In this document: in pieces, positions 1 to 9,912 of the stretch
Layout of the letters: each line of letters opens with the position of its first letter
Numbering within the stretch: position 1 is the stretch's first letter
IMG/VR virus record: IMGVR_UViG_3300012204_000007
Coordinates: 32,001-96,000 of that record
Direction: 5' to 3' (one strand)
DNA: 64,000 nucleotides
From: a virus
Translations under genes and position numbers: made by a program
The notes under the pieces: model-generated
The model's database searches: none
What the model was told of the DNA's origin: nothing
The model's input: the letters and a program-made list of their open reading frames with translations, nothing else

Positions 1-1232
1 GCAACTGCTACACAGGCTTCGCCGCCTATGTTGAAATGGGCGCGGTAGACTTTCCTCCTAGCCGCGAGCAGTTGTTCTATAATAACCGCACCAAGGCAGT
101 TATTGAGAAGGTCAGCGCAGGTCTATTTGAACTTCTGCTAAAGACAAAGTTGGATGAAGTTACTAGTGCGCCAGACCATCGGAGCGCTTGGCATCGGTAT
201 AATGCGTTATCTTACTACTTCAAGAACACAAAGGCTGCGAAGGAACTTACCTATAAAGGTGACGAGTTCGTAGACAACGTTCTGCATGATACGCGATATC
301 TGCATTGGAATCTACAGGGCATTAGCAAGATATCAGCAGGCAGTTATATTGCCTTGTCTAATATCTTCGGTATAAAGAACGATGTTGTAAGAAATAATGT
401 TATCTTTGTTACCGGCCTTGATGATGATGTTAACCCTCATGCTTCTTTTAAGAAGAAGATTAACTATTACATGACCGAGAATGGTATGTCAGCGGGACAT
501 GCCTACCTCATGAATGATGATGTTGACTCTATCTGGTTGAAGCAGGTGCCTCGTGTAACCGCTGATACCATTAAGGCTATCAAGATTCCTAGGACGCCCT
601 CTAGTGGTCCGCGTGATGTTCCTACCTATGATGTATATTCAATTGAGGCGGATGGAAATGTTAAGTACAATGCTCTTACCGCTGTGTCTGTACCGACTGG
701 TAAAAAATTGGTTTATATCAGCCCGCAGGAAATCAAGGAATCCTATAGGATGAACGGTTGTACGCCAAACGAACTCGTGAAGACTCTAGGCAAGCATTAC
801 ATTCTTGTTGTTCTGGCTAAGAACCGTTTTGATAAGTTTTTGCGTAACCACAAGGCCAGTACGGTGAGCGGTGCTTTACAGGATGTTCTAGACTCTTATA
901 TCTCGAAAATCACAAAGGTTGAGTCTACGATGGCCGGTATGCAATATGAAGAGAAGCGATTCTTCAAGGCTATTCAGGCCGACTCACTTAAGGACCCTGA
1001 CCTGCGTAAGTTGGCTATAGCAGTTCAATCAAGCACAGGTAATAAGTCAAACTATGAGAAGGCGCATAGCGTTTATCAGTTTGGTAGGCGCATAGGACTT
1101 CATTTGAAAATGCCTGAGGCCAAGCCAATATTCAGGCTTTCAGATGCCTACCCTCTGATTAACGTCGGTAGTAGGGCTCCGAGGAACCACGTAGTGCTTT
1201 ACTGTAACGCAGTATACAGCGCTAAATCGTAA
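1..1232 (+). CDS. rIIA: rIIA-like protein (5' truncated by the window edge)
   Basis: Frame is open from the window start; GAVDFPPSREQLFY matches the rIIA PSRE-x-L motif; lies directly upstream of an rIIB-like gene. Confidence 0.8.
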   Translation, partial: NCYTGFAAYVEMGAVDFPPSREQLFYNNRTKAVIEKVSAGLFELLLKTKLDEVTSAPDHRSAWHRYNALSYYFKNTKAAKELTYKGDEFVDNVLHDTRYLHWNLQGISKISAGSYIALSNIFGIKNDVVRNNVIFVTGLDDDVNPHASFKKKINYYMTENGMSAGHAYLMNDDVDSIWLKQVPRVTADTIKAIKIPRTPSSGPRDVPTYDVYSIEADGNVKYNALTAVSVPTGKKLVYISPQEIKESYRMNGCTPNELVKTLGKHYILVVLAKNRFDKFLRNHKASTVSGALQDVLDSYISKITKVESTMAGMQYEEKRFFKAIQADSLKDPDLRKLAIAVQSSTGNKSNYEKAHSVYQFGRRIGLHLKMPEAKPIFRLSDAYPLINVGSRAPRNHVVLYCNAVYSAKS

Positions 1233-1238
1233 ACATTG

Positions 1239-1282
1239 CCATGGTTGGGGTGCTTGCAATAGCACCCCAACCATGGTATACT
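1239..1282 (+). promoter_or_regulatory. Hairpin with embedded sigma70-type promoter (TTGCAA-17-TATACT) for rIIB
   Basis: 16-bp inverted repeat 1239-1276; -35 at 1254-1259 spans the loop; -10 at 1277-1282. Confidence 0.7.
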
Positions 1283-1334
1283 TGAACATAATCGAAACAA
1301 TAACAGCCGCGAAGGTGGCATACGAGAGGTAATT

Positions 1335-2174
1335 ATGAGTTTAAAGTTTAATCTTGTGCGACACGATGATTCTGCAAACATCACGGTCGTTGTCGATGGA
1401 GAGATGTTTGTTGCAGACGACCAGCATCCACTCTTTGATGAAATTATTGAGTTGGCCGTTGGTGGCTATGAGGGTGTTGTAGAATTGTTTGATACCTCTC
1501 GCCGCGTTGCTGAGCGCTTTGAAGACCTGAGCGACCGCGTGCGAGTTGCTAATTCACGAGTCTACGTAGACCAGACCGAGGTCGAAGACGCTTATACCGC
1601 GCAGGTTGTGCGTTTCTTGGAGGAAGACCTAGACGACTGGCAGCCTATTGTCAACTTTCTGGAAAAGGTCTACTCTAACACCAACGAGGATATCCGAGAG
1701 AACCTTTCTCGTTGGCTAGATGCCGAGCGCTTCACCATTCTGCCAAATGGCAATATCCTTGGGTATCGTGGTCTAAACGCCAATTATACCAGCAAGCATG
1801 CTGGGCCGGGTATCGTAAATGGTGTTGCTGTCAATGGTAACCTCGACAACAGCGTTGGCAACACTGTTGAGATGGACGCGAGCGCGGTCGAGCACAACCC
1901 GAGCGTTGGTTGTTCTGTAGGGCTACACGTTGGAACCTATGAATATGCCAAGCGTTGGGCCGGTAACGGCGTGGTGGTTAACGTCGAGGTTGACCCCCGT
2001 CATGTGCGTAGCGTTCCCTACGAGTGCAATGGTGCTAAGATGCGTGTCAGCAAGTACGTCGTGCTCGACACCGTAGCGCAGAAGTTGGTTACCGCCGTCG
2101 ATTACTCTGATTACGATTATAATGAGTATGACGACGACGATGACGATGACAATTACTATGGCTACGACTACTGA
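1335..2174 (+). CDS. rIIB: rIIB-like protein
   Basis: G-x-I-L-G-Y-R, CSVGLHVGTYEYA, V-x-V-D-P-x-x-V-x-S-V-P and KMRVSKY motifs; acidic D/Y tail; RBS GAGG. Confidence 0.9.
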   Translation: MSLKFNLVRHDDSANITVVVDGEMFVADDQHPLFDEIIELAVGGYEGVVELFDTSRRVAERFEDLSDRVRVANSRVYVDQTEVEDAYTAQVVRFLEEDLDDWQPIVNFLEKVYSNTNEDIRENLSRWLDAERFTILPNGNILGYRGLNANYTSKHAGPGIVNGVAVNGNLDNSVGNTVEMDASAVEHNPSVGCSVGLHVGTYEYAKRWAGNGVVVNVEVDPRHVRSVPYECNGAKMRVSKYVVLDTVAQKLVTAVDYSDYDYNEYDDDDDDDNYYGYDY

Positions 2175-2191
2175 GTAGTCTATAACTAAGG

Positions 2192-2234
2192 AGGGCTAGG
2201 CGAACTTGATTCGCCTAGCCCTTTCTGCTACAAT
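2192..2234 (+). promoter_or_regulatory. Terminator hairpin fused with promoter (TTGATT-17-TACAAT), leaderless start at 2241
   Basis: 13-bp stem 2192-2222 followed by TTT; -35 at 2206-2211 overlaps the loop; -10 at 2229-2234; ATG 6 nt later. Confidence 0.7.
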
Positions 2235-2240
2235 AAGAGC

Positions 2241-2450
2241 ATGAAGGTCAAGATTAAGCACGACACCAGACAGTTCCTGAACCAAGCGTGGACTTGGAAC
2301 GGTAGAGCAAAGACAATTGTTACCGGCGAGCCTCTTATTCTGGCATGTCTACTGCACACGCGCGGCACCGGTAGAGAATCAGATGATTTTAAGACCGTAC
2401 AAGAACTAATGCAAGACATTAATCTAGAAGAGGATAACAATGAAGAGTAG
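2241..2450 (+). CDS. Hypothetical protein
   Basis: ORF starts 6 nt after a -10 box and overlaps the next ORF. Confidence 0.6.
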   Translation: MKVKIKHDTRQFLNQAWTWNGRAKTIVTGEPLILACLLHTRGTGRESDDFKTVQELMQDINLEEDNNEE

Positions 2451-2649
2451 TAGATTCATCACGGTGGCAGAACTGGACGATATCCAAGAGGCTATTAACA
2501 TAATAAAGTCTTTGCGTGGCTTGAAGAATATCGTAGCAAACCCATTGGCTAAGGGCCATTCGATTACAGTGTGGGACACTAGCGATGAAATCCTCGGGTA
2601 TATCTCATATACTGATTCTGGGTACGTATTCAACCTTGACGAAAGGTAA
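2440..2649 (+). CDS. Hypothetical protein
   Basis: RBS GAGG; translationally coupled to the upstream ORF. Confidence 0.6.
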   Translation: MKSSRFITVAELDDIQEAINIIKSLRGLKNIVANPLAKGHSITVWDTSDEILGYISYTDSGYVFNLDER

Positions 2650-2694
2650 GTGCAGATTCCAGAATCGTGAGTATTTGTATGCTATAATACTCAT

Positions 2695-3135
2695 ATGAAT
2701 ATCTGTAGAATTTGTAAAGAGGCTAAGTCCGAAGATAGATTTGAATTAATTAAGGCTTCTGGTAATAGACGGAAGGTTTGTCGTGAATGCATCGCAAATA
2801 GGCGTAAAGCCAAACAAGATAATGACCCAGAGTGGAAGTTGACTCGTGCATTCACATTATTAAAGTGGAAATATGGAATCAGTAGAGAACAATATGAACT
2901 CAGATTATCTGAGCAAGGCGGCAGTTGTGCCGTCTGCAATGATGTGGTAGACTACTTATTACATGTTGACCACGACCATGATTGTTGCGAAGGCAGAGTA
3001 ACTTGTGGATTATGCATCCGCGGTTTATTGTGTATTCAGTGTAATTCTGCGATGGGAATTATGAAAGACGACCCGGTACGTCTAAGAAAGGCTGCCGATT
3101 ATTTAGAGAGGTGGCGAAGACAATCCGTATCCTAG
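2695..3135 (+). CDS. Endonuclease VII-domain (His-Me finger) protein
   Basis: KYGIS..Y...QGG.CAVC, LHVDHDH and RGLLC..CNSAMG motifs; N-terminal CxxC pairs; leaderless after TGcTATAAT. Confidence 0.85.
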   Translation: MNICRICKEAKSEDRFELIKASGNRRKVCRECIANRRKAKQDNDPEWKLTRAFTLLKWKYGISREQYELRLSEQGGSCAVCNDVVDYLLHVDHDHDCCEGRVTCGLCIRGLLCIQCNSAMGIMKDDPVRLRKAADYLERWRRQSVS

Positions 3136-3908
3136 TTTGTGGAGACACACACGGACATGCTCGTGTTATAAAGAATAAGTTGGATATTGCTAAGACGCTC
3201 GGAGCCACACATATCTTGGTGGTTGGCGACTTCGGCATGTGGCCTGGCTTTGGGGGAATACAATTTCTAGATGAGATTAACGAATACGCCCGCCCTCTCA
3301 ACATTAATATCTTTGCGCTGCCTGGAAATCATGAAGACCACGACCAGTGGGAATGGTGGGTGAACTCCACCACTGCTACTAAGGACAACCAAGGCTTTAC
3401 CTATATTCGTAGCAATTTGCTAATCTCACCAAAGGTACATAATTGGAAGTGGGGCGATAAGCGGTTCTTTATCGCTGGCGGCGCGGTATCTATCGATAGA
3501 CAGTGGCGCACCGAGGGTAAGACGTGGTGGCGTAATGAAGTTCTATCTGAAAAAGAACTGGCCAGTGTTCAAGAGTACCGGGGTCCTGATATCGACTACT
3601 TGTTTACTCATGACTGCTCAGACTACACGCCTTGGGGGTTCCGCCTTGACCCAGACCCTTCTAGCCTGGCACATAGGCTGCTCATAGACCAAGTAATCAA
3701 GGCTGTACGGCCCCGTATGCAATTCCATGGTCACATGCATCGCAAGTATGACTGGATTAATACCGCCAGCCACGATGGAGCCAGGCAGACGCAGACTTTT
3801 GGCTTGGACTGTGACGGCGAGGACAACTCGTGGGGAATCTTGGACACAGAGCATGACAGTTTCTATTGGCCGTTGCAAGCAAAAATGGTGTTTAACCCGG
3901 AAGGGTAA
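3111..3908 (+). CDS. Calcineurin-like metallophosphoesterase
   Basis: GDTHG, GDFG, GNHE, THD and HGHMH motifs. Confidence 0.9.
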   Translation: MAKTIRILVCGDTHGHARVIKNKLDIAKTLGATHILVVGDFGMWPGFGGIQFLDEINEYARPLNINIFALPGNHEDHDQWEWWVNSTTATKDNQGFTYIRSNLLISPKVHNWKWGDKRFFIAGGAVSIDRQWRTEGKTWWRNEVLSEKELASVQEYRGPDIDYLFTHDCSDYTPWGFRLDPDPSSLAHRLLIDQVIKAVRPRMQFHGHMHRKYDWINTASHDGARQTQTFGLDCDGEDNSWGILDTEHDSFYWPLQAKMVFNPEG

Positions 3909-3978
3909 ATAGTTATTTGCTTTTGTAATTTCATCATGATATACTGTTCATATGACTTTAAGAAAGGTGGTATGAATT

Positions 3979-4176
3979 ATGGCTCTATATGATGGAACTG
4001 TTGCCGACCGTTACAGCCGCGACCTAATGCAACTTACGGACACTCGTAAGCAGCGTGACTTCGACAACCAGAATGTTAATCGTCGTAACCGTAGATACGT
4101 TAACCCAGTCAACAGCACTACTGTGTCTTCTACTGGCGATAACAACCACGGTACCGTAACGCTTAGCCCAGCCTAA
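3979..4176 (+). CDS. Hypothetical protein
   Basis: Own upstream TGaTATACT promoter and RBS AAAGGTGG. Confidence 0.55.
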   Translation: MALYDGTVADRYSRDLMQLTDTRKQRDFDNQNVNRRNRRYVNPVNSTTVSSTGDNNHGTVTLSPA

Positions 4177-4195
4177 TTTATACTAGGCAGGATTA

Positions 4196-4239
4196 AACAA
4201 CCAGAGGACTTGATAGTCCTCTGGTTGTTGTGTTATAAT
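4196..4239 (+). promoter_or_regulatory. Hairpin with embedded promoter (TTGATA-18-TATAAT)
   Basis: 15-bp stem 4196-4229; -35 at 4210-4215 spans the loop; -10 at 4234-4239. Confidence 0.7.
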
Positions 4240-4272
4240 AGTAATGTACAATACAACCAGAAGGATATAAAA

Positions 4273-4509
4273 ATGATTGCTCTAACCATTGATAAGGCCG
4301 ATGGATTCGTTGCTAAGTTGCAGCGTAAGGGTATTCCAGTTCGCTGGGATGGATGGGATATGGTTTTCTTCAAGCCTGACCGCATAGCAGCAAGGCATGT
4401 TAATGGTCGCCGCTACCGTGATGAGTGGGGCTTCGAAACTGTTGTATCACCCAATAGTAATGGAAAGTGGCTTATTAACTATCGCCTAGCGCGAGGAGCA
4501 GATGCCTAA
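4273..4509 (+). CDS. Hypothetical protein
   Basis: ATG at 4273 follows RBS AAGGA; coupled to whiB. Confidence 0.65.
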   Translation: MIALTIDKADGFVAKLQRKGIPVRWDGWDMVFFKPDRIAARHVNGRRYRDEWGFETVVSPNSNGKWLINYRLARGADA

Positions 4510-4792
4510 TACCGATAAAGAACTTGAATGGTACCACCTGGCCATTTGCAAGAACATGGAAATCCGATGGTTTTATGATGACTATGAGTCAGACCCGGTA
4601 TTCGCACAGGTGATGGATAGTATATGTCTTTCTTGTCCGGTTCGCGCCATGTGTTTGCGTGAAGGTCATGAGAACAATGAATACGGCCTCTGGGGTGGAG
4701 TTTATCTGAACAATGGTAATACCGATGAGGTAAGGAACTCACACAAGACAGAAGATATATGGAAGCAGATTCGGAGCGGTATAGATGTTTGA
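4502..4792 (+). CDS. whiB: WhiB-family Fe-S transcription factor
   Basis: AIC...ICLSCPVRAMC...GLWGG, i.e. four Cys plus the G[LVI]WGG turn. Confidence 0.92.
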   Translation: MPNTDKELEWYHLAICKNMEIRWFYDDYESDPVFAQVMDSICLSCPVRAMCLREGHENNEYGLWGGVYLNNGNTDEVRNSHKTEDIWKQIRSGIDV

Positions 4793-5033
4793 TGGGCTTT
4801 ATACAGAAGAGGTCAAACGTTGTATCTACGAAGCCAAACCGCTTCTCCCAGGTGACTTTCCATTAGTAACAGAAGATAGAGAAGCGTTTATTGTTATCTC
4901 AGTACAGATGGAGCACTTTGCGTGGCGCACGGTAGAAGATAGGCTTGAGATTGCTCTGGAACTAGAGAAGTTAAGAACCGCTATTGAGAGGACTGGTATC
5001 GGATGTCTAATCGAGAAAGTATGGACAGAATAG
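4785..5033 (+). CDS. Hypothetical protein
   Basis: Overlapping start in a tightly packed operon. Confidence 0.6.
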   Translation: MFDGLYTEEVKRCIYEAKPLLPGDFPLVTEDREAFIVISVQMEHFAWRTVEDRLEIALELEKLRTAIERTGIGCLIEKVWTE

Positions 5034-5209
5034 TCTGGATTCCAGACGAGGACAACCCACGTATAGGCCATATGGGTGAAATCGTTGGGAGCATGGGTGC
5101 TTTTTATACGACCATCCGTTATGAGTCTGGCGGTATTGAATTTGAAGTATTGATGGAGAACGAAGAGTTTCAATTACTAGGAGAACTGATAGAGTATGAC
5201 AACGACTGA
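5021..5209 (+). CDS. Hypothetical protein
   Basis: ATG at 5021; operon packing. Confidence 0.55.
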   Translation: MDRIVWIPDEDNPRIGHMGEIVGSMGAFYTTIRYESGGIEFEVLMENEEFQLLGELIEYDND

Positions 5210-5441
5210 CAGCATGCTTTGCACATCATGTCGCAAGCCAAAGAATAGTCTAAAACAGAAAAAGTCAAAGGCGCTTCCTGGCATTCAGATGTACATATGT
5301 CAGGATTGTCTAGACAACAAACGTGAACCGCGCGGGTTCCTTGTGCTGGCCGGTAGAGAGCACGGTATAGACTTCATCAAATACTGGGTTAAGCCCCAGC
5401 GTTACCTTGGCGAGCCAATTACATTGAGCGAGTTAACTTAA
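5196..5441 (+). CDS. Small Zn-finger protein
   Basis: CTSC and CQDC pairs. Confidence 0.6.
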   Translation: MTTTDSMLCTSCRKPKNSLKQKKSKALPGIQMYICQDCLDNKREPRGFLVLAGREHGIDFIKYWVKPQRYLGEPITLSELT

Positions 5442-5535
5442 ACGTTGGTTCATATTTATGCAACTTTTACGTCTGCATGTATCTGCAAATAGTTTACCTT
5501 TGCATTAAAATGCAGCGTGAGGTACAATTTATGAT

Positions 5536-5973
5536 ATGAAGCAGAAGAGACTAACACCATATAAGCCCAGAACTATAGACAGGGTAGTATTTGGTATATT
5601 GGCGGTAGCGTTCGTTACCGGCGCCGCCTATCTGATTGGGCCATGGTATCTTACTGTAACAGAGGGAGCCAGGACCCCGCTCTATGCTATGATTAACAAT
5701 CATAATATCATAATATTATATGGTGTATTGTTGTTTATAGACGGGCTAGTTTTGTTATACGCTTCCGTAAGCGATGGTAATACCCGCCGATACACACATA
5801 TTGTAACCAATGGATTGTTAGTAGGATTCTTACTAAGGTTATACTCTCTGATTGGTGTATTTCTAACTCTAGATAGTTGGAAACCCCCATCATATATCTC
5901 TCAAACAGCGATTGTGCTGATAACAGGGAGTTATTGGTTGTGGGTGAGGGTGAATGCGCGAACTGCTCAATAA
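5536..5973 (+). CDS. Membrane protein (about 4 TM), possibly holin-associated
   Basis: Four hydrophobic segments; leaderless-type promoter TACAAT upstream. Confidence 0.65.
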   Translation: MKQKRLTPYKPRTIDRVVFGILAVAFVTGAAYLIGPWYLTVTEGARTPLYAMINNHNIIILYGVLLFIDGLVLLYASVSDGNTRRYTHIVTNGLLVGFLLRLYSLIGVFLTLDSWKPPSYISQTAIVLITGSYWLWVRVNARTAQ

Positions 5974-6295
5974 TCCAGGGTTCATAGCCTTGGTCGGCAC
6001 TCTCTTTGGTGGTACGGGACTAAAGATTATTGAACAGTGGCTTAACAAAGCAAAAGAGCGCTCTACCGAGGCGACCTCGATTCGTGACGAACTTCGAAAG
6101 GAAATAGACAGCCTACGCACCCAACTAAAAAGTGCGGACGAAGAAGAAAAGCGTTTAGAGATAATTGTTGAAGAGTGGCGCAGTAGGTATTATGACCTAC
6201 GAGATGAAAAACAAAAAGTAGTTACAGAACTGTCTATAACATTAGACCGTCTAAAGCACATGGAGGAACGGTATGAAAAACCACACAACAACTGA
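5954..6295 (+). CDS. Single-TM coiled-coil protein (holin-like cassette partner)
   Basis: N-terminal TM (FIALVGTLFGGTGL) followed by an E/K/R-rich heptad region. Confidence 0.65.
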   Translation: MRELLNNPGFIALVGTLFGGTGLKIIEQWLNKAKERSTEATSIRDELRKEIDSLRTQLKSADEEEKRLEIIVEEWRSRYYDLRDEKQKVVTELSITLDRLKHMEERYEKPHNN

Positions 6296-6312
6296 TACAA
6301 TGGAACAACGAG

Positions 6313-6513
6313 ATGCGTGAGTTTAAAGCCAGCGACCGCTGTGACAGATGCGGCGCTCAGGCATATCACATAGCCATTAAAAATAATTTCGAACTGTTGT
6401 TCTGTTCTCATCATTACAGAGAGAATCGAGAGGTCCTTCTAAATGATTATTGGTTGGTTGAGCCCGACCTCCCTTTTAGTGAGCCTATACCGGCAGTCGC
6501 ATACACAGAATAG
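6313..6513 (+). CDS. Small Zn-binding protein (DRCDRCGAQAY...LFC.HH type of actinobacteria)
   Basis: CxxC plus CxHH motif. Confidence 0.7.
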   Translation: MREFKASDRCDRCGAQAYHIAIKNNFELLFCSHHYRENREVLLNDYWLVEPDLPFSEPIPAVAYTE

Positions 6514-6520
6514 AGAGACA

Positions 6521-7111
6521 ATGAAATTTCAAGAACTAAACGAATATATTCCCTATGCCAGATTTGGTAAGGAAAAGTCTCTCATCATGGAGCCCTATCC
6601 AAATATTAGACTATTGCTACCCGGAAGGCATGCCGAAGATACTTCTCCTAAGGGCGGAGACTTCTGCGTGGTAGTAACCGACCCAAAGATAAACTGGAAT
6701 AATCATCAGTTCACACACGCCGGTATCTTTAATGACATTGAAGTTAAATATGAGGATAATCCAGAACTTACAAGAGCATTGATGAATGAATATCTGGAAG
6801 TTATTGTTGGCGGTAAAGAACCCAGCGCTAAGTCAATTAAAGCAATAAATCTATCCGGCATGGATGCACTAACTTTTCTATATGGTACACAATGTCTCGG
6901 AGTTGCAGAACATAGACGTTATCATATGCATGAGGCAAAGTTCGGTGGCCGCTATCTACCGTTCCGATTTGCAGCCGGTATCGCAGAGGGTCTATGGACT
7001 GCCGATATGGGCAGTGAAGTGCAAAAATATGGAAGGCCAGCAGTAGAAAGACTAGAAAAGTCAAATGGTATACCGCGCCTCACACAAGAACTGATGAATC
7101 CAACCTCTTGA
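6521..7111 (+). CDS. Hypothetical protein
   Basis: 196-aa ORF; ATG at 6521 follows the previous stop. Confidence 0.7.
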   Translation: MKFQELNEYIPYARFGKEKSLIMEPYPNIRLLLPGRHAEDTSPKGGDFCVVVTDPKINWNNHQFTHAGIFNDIEVKYEDNPELTRALMNEYLEVIVGGKEPSAKSIKAINLSGMDALTFLYGTQCLGVAEHRRYHMHEAKFGGRYLPFRFAAGIAEGLWTADMGSEVQKYGRPAVERLEKSNGIPRLTQELMNPTS

Positions 7112-7164
7112 CAACAACGCCACCATCGTGTAGGATGGTGGCACACCTACTTTAAGGAGACACA

Positions 7165-7893
7165 ATGAGCACGCTTTTTGCCTACGACCTCCGCGCAGAC
7201 GGAACTACCGACCGGGACGACTGGCTCAACCACGACTTCTACAGCAGCGCTGTCCGAACCATTGCCTACAACCGTAAGGCTAAGGAACTTTTTATCGAGT
7301 TCGTCAGCGGTGGAGCGTACGTATATGGTGATGTAGAAGAGTCAACCTATCTCTTTCTCCTTGGGAGTAAGAGCCTTGGTCGTTTCTACAGCAATCACAT
7401 TCAGGGTAACTTCGACCGCGTTCCTACAGAGAAGCCTATCTACTTGATTGCGCCGGTACTTGATGAACCGGTAAAGGAAGAGGTTGATGAGGGTAATGAT
7501 TATCTTACTACCGGCGCTGGCGCTTTGCCTACCGAGGCAGAGGGTGGGTTCCTTTTCTCACAGATTAGCCCGCTCATTGCAGACGTTGTTGACCTGAAAC
7601 CTGAGCAGAAATGGCTGACTGGTGACCTTGAACTTGAAGGCACGAACAATGTCCTTGATAGTGTTGAACTAGAAAGTTCACGATACGGTATTACTTATCG
7701 TATCACCAAGAACGATTCAGACTATAGTAATATCGACAGGGACCTTCTAGCACCACGATATGAGCCGGTATTTAATGCTCTTTCTGAGGCAGATGCTCTC
7801 GCACAGTTTGAACATGCCGTCGCCGGTATGAACGTCATCACCGGTTGGAATCTCAATATAGTCATCGAGAAGGTGACACACTACCTTGACTGA
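7165..7893 (+). CDS. KTSC-domain protein with acidic C-terminal extension
   Basis: SSAVRTIAYN...L.IEF.SG..Y.Y..V...S.G.FY...I pattern; promoter TTGACA..TAGGAT and RBS AAGGAG. Confidence 0.75.
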   Translation: MSTLFAYDLRADGTTDRDDWLNHDFYSSAVRTIAYNRKAKELFIEFVSGGAYVYGDVEESTYLFLLGSKSLGRFYSNHIQGNFDRVPTEKPIYLIAPVLDEPVKEEVDEGNDYLTTGAGALPTEAEGGFLFSQISPLIADVVDLKPEQKWLTGDLELEGTNNVLDSVELESSRYGITYRITKNDSDYSNIDRDLLAPRYEPVFNALSEADALAQFEHAVAGMNVITGWNLNIVIEKVTHYLD

Positions 7894-8224
7894 GTATAAT
7901 GTAACTAAAGAAGCAGAATTTGATGCTCTGCCATGGGATGACAACAAGATTCTAGTATTATTCACAGCGCCAACATGGTGTATACCATGTCAACGCCTAG
8001 AGCCGCACTGGAATAAGTTAAAGGACCTGTACGACAATATTATCTTTGTGACAGTTGATATGGGCTCGTTCCCCGAAGATATGGATAGTCACTGGGCCAG
8101 TGAACGCTTCAACATTCTTGGTGTGCCGCAGTTAAAGTTAGCAATGGGATATGAAATCGAGCCGGTAGATATCAAGTCTCGCGCGGTAGTTCCTTTGATT
8201 AAGGAGTTGTCGCAATATGTCTGA
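7886..8224 (+). CDS. Thioredoxin-like protein
   Basis: FTAPTWCIPC active site; cis-Pro motif GVP. Confidence 0.85.
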   Translation: MTEYNVTKEAEFDALPWDDNKILVLFTAPTWCIPCQRLEPHWNKLKDLYDNIIFVTVDMGSFPEDMDSHWASERFNILGVPQLKLAMGYEIEPVDIKSRAVVPLIKELSQYV

Positions 8225-8507
8225 TGAATTCGATGTAGTGCACCTTGATGAGGAAGAGACACAAAACGTTGTTGAGTGGGCGGTGCGAGCAGCCGCTATG
8301 GTGCTTTTGCTCAGCGATATGCCAGAGTTTGACGATGACCCAGTAGCATCAAACAAGACATATGAAAGAGTCGTTGAGTTAATGAGTGGTGATATTCCAG
8401 AGTGCCTGGTACCGTCTGCTATTACGTTAGCCAATGAGTCAGTAGCCTTTGCCGTTGAAGCAGAAGCAACAATCGAAGAGTTTAAAGCAGAACTAGACGA
8501 ACTATGA
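8217..8507 (+). CDS. Hypothetical acidic protein
   Basis: Coupled ORF. Confidence 0.6.
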   Translation: MSDEFDVVHLDEEETQNVVEWAVRAAAMVLLLSDMPEFDDDPVASNKTYERVVELMSGDIPECLVPSAITLANESVAFAVEAEATIEEFKAELDEL

Positions 8508-8707
8508 CACATTATTTGGACTATGAAGGCACGGGAGACAGCATAGACCTAGGTGAATATATGACTAGGATATGTGTATGTGGGTCTGAATGGTTCAAAA
8601 CTGTTATTCAGATAGATGAAGACTATGAGATTGCTGCATATGGCCTCGACGCAGAATGTATTGAGTGTGGTTCAAGGGTAAAATTGCCCTCTCCTGCCGA
8701 TAGGTAA
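8504..8707 (+). CDS. Small Zn-ribbon protein
   Basis: CVCGS and CIECG motifs; ATGA overlap. Confidence 0.65.
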   Translation: MTHYLDYEGTGDSIDLGEYMTRICVCGSEWFKTVIQIDEDYEIAAYGLDAECIECGSRVKLPSPADR

Positions 8708-8790
8708 AATTAAGGTAAAGAGTTGGCCCTCGGCATAACCGAGGGCCAATCTGTGCTAAACTGAATGGAAACCCTTAGGAGGGAATATAA

Positions 8791-9822
8791 ATGACATTTA
8801 AGAAGATTGTATTACCTATGTTTATGGCGTTGGGACTATCACTCGCTCTACTTGGAATAGTAAATACAGCGCCGGTAACAGCAGTAACAGCAGACTCAAC
8901 GTGTATCGGTGCGCCAGGGCCAGATGCAGCAACCGTTTACCCACAAACACGACAGTTTGTGGAGACCCAGACTTGGTGGATGCCGGGAGCCGGTCAGGTA
9001 GATGATGCCGCGACTCATCACGGTCATTCTCATCTTGGAGCATGTATCCCAGAGCGTGAGACATTGACCTCAGGAAATCTTACGATTAATGTACGTGTAA
9101 TGATGCACGATAACCCTGGAACCTTCAACTATGTTTCTATGGTGTTCAAGGGGACCGATTATGAGACTACGGTCCAAAAGTGTTATGTGCGCGCCACAGC
9201 AGAAGATTTCACCTGTCCAGGAGCATCTAGCACTGGCAAGGGAGACTTCACCTGTGCTCAGCCTGGCAACTGTGCAAGATGGTTGACATTCTCGATGCCA
9301 TTATCATTATTCAATCACTCTGGTCTTCAAGAGGTGCGTTTCCGTGGCTTCGTACCGGAGCCGAGCAGCAAGGAAATGCGTAACAACCTGAATTTCCAAG
9401 TTTATGTACAAAATGGAAAGTCGGTCTCTAATGTAACTAGAGAACCTAACTTACGCGGTAAGGGATGGTATACTCACGCACTATATTGTGAGGCTACCGT
9501 AAAGTCTGTACCGATTCCAGACGCGCCAGTATCAGGAGTCTGGTCGCCTACTCTCGAACAGACTACACACGACACCGATGCAAGTCTGCCGGTAACGCAT
9601 TCGTTCTTCACGATTGACCCTGACTTCCATGCAGTACCACCGGTAGTCGGAACAGTATTACATGATGCTGACGGCGGTTATGGACCATCTGCTTCACCAA
9701 TTGATACAACAATGCTTACCAATGGTGTACATAAGTTATACCAGAAGGTAGATTGTAGAGACGATACGCTCGGCTCTACTAATTCTGGCGTGCTAGTGGT
9801 TCCCTTTGTAGTTGCCAATTAA
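8791..9822 (+). CDS. Secreted Cys-rich beta-type protein of unknown function
   Basis: Signal peptide MTFKKIVLPMFMALGLSLALLG; RBS AGGAGG; flanked by hairpins at 8723-8749 and 9845-9869. Confidence 0.75.
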   Translation: MTFKKIVLPMFMALGLSLALLGIVNTAPVTAVTADSTCIGAPGPDAATVYPQTRQFVETQTWWMPGAGQVDDAATHHGHSHLGACIPERETLTSGNLTINVRVMMHDNPGTFNYVSMVFKGTDYETTVQKCYVRATAEDFTCPGASSTGKGDFTCAQPGNCARWLTFSMPLSLFNHSGLQEVRFRGFVPEPSSKEMRNNLNFQVYVQNGKSVSNVTREPNLRGKGWYTHALYCEATVKSVPIPDAPVSGVWSPTLEQTTHDTDASLPVTHSFFTIDPDFHAVPPVVGTVLHDADGGYGPSASPIDTTMLTNGVHKLYQKVDCRDDTLGSTNSGVLVVPFVVAN

Positions 9823-9844
9823 AATTAGACGTTGGTAAAGACTT

Positions 9845-9885
9845 AGCCCCGAGGCTTGACCTCGGGGCTTTGTCTATGTTAGACT
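9845..9885 (+). promoter_or_regulatory. Terminator hairpin fused with promoter (TTGACC-18-TAGACT)
   Basis: 10-bp stem 9845-9869 followed by TT; -35 at 9856-9861 overlaps the loop; -10 at 9880-9885. Confidence 0.65.
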
Positions 9886-9912
9886 GGTGTCACCCGAACG
9901 AGAGGAACTGTC

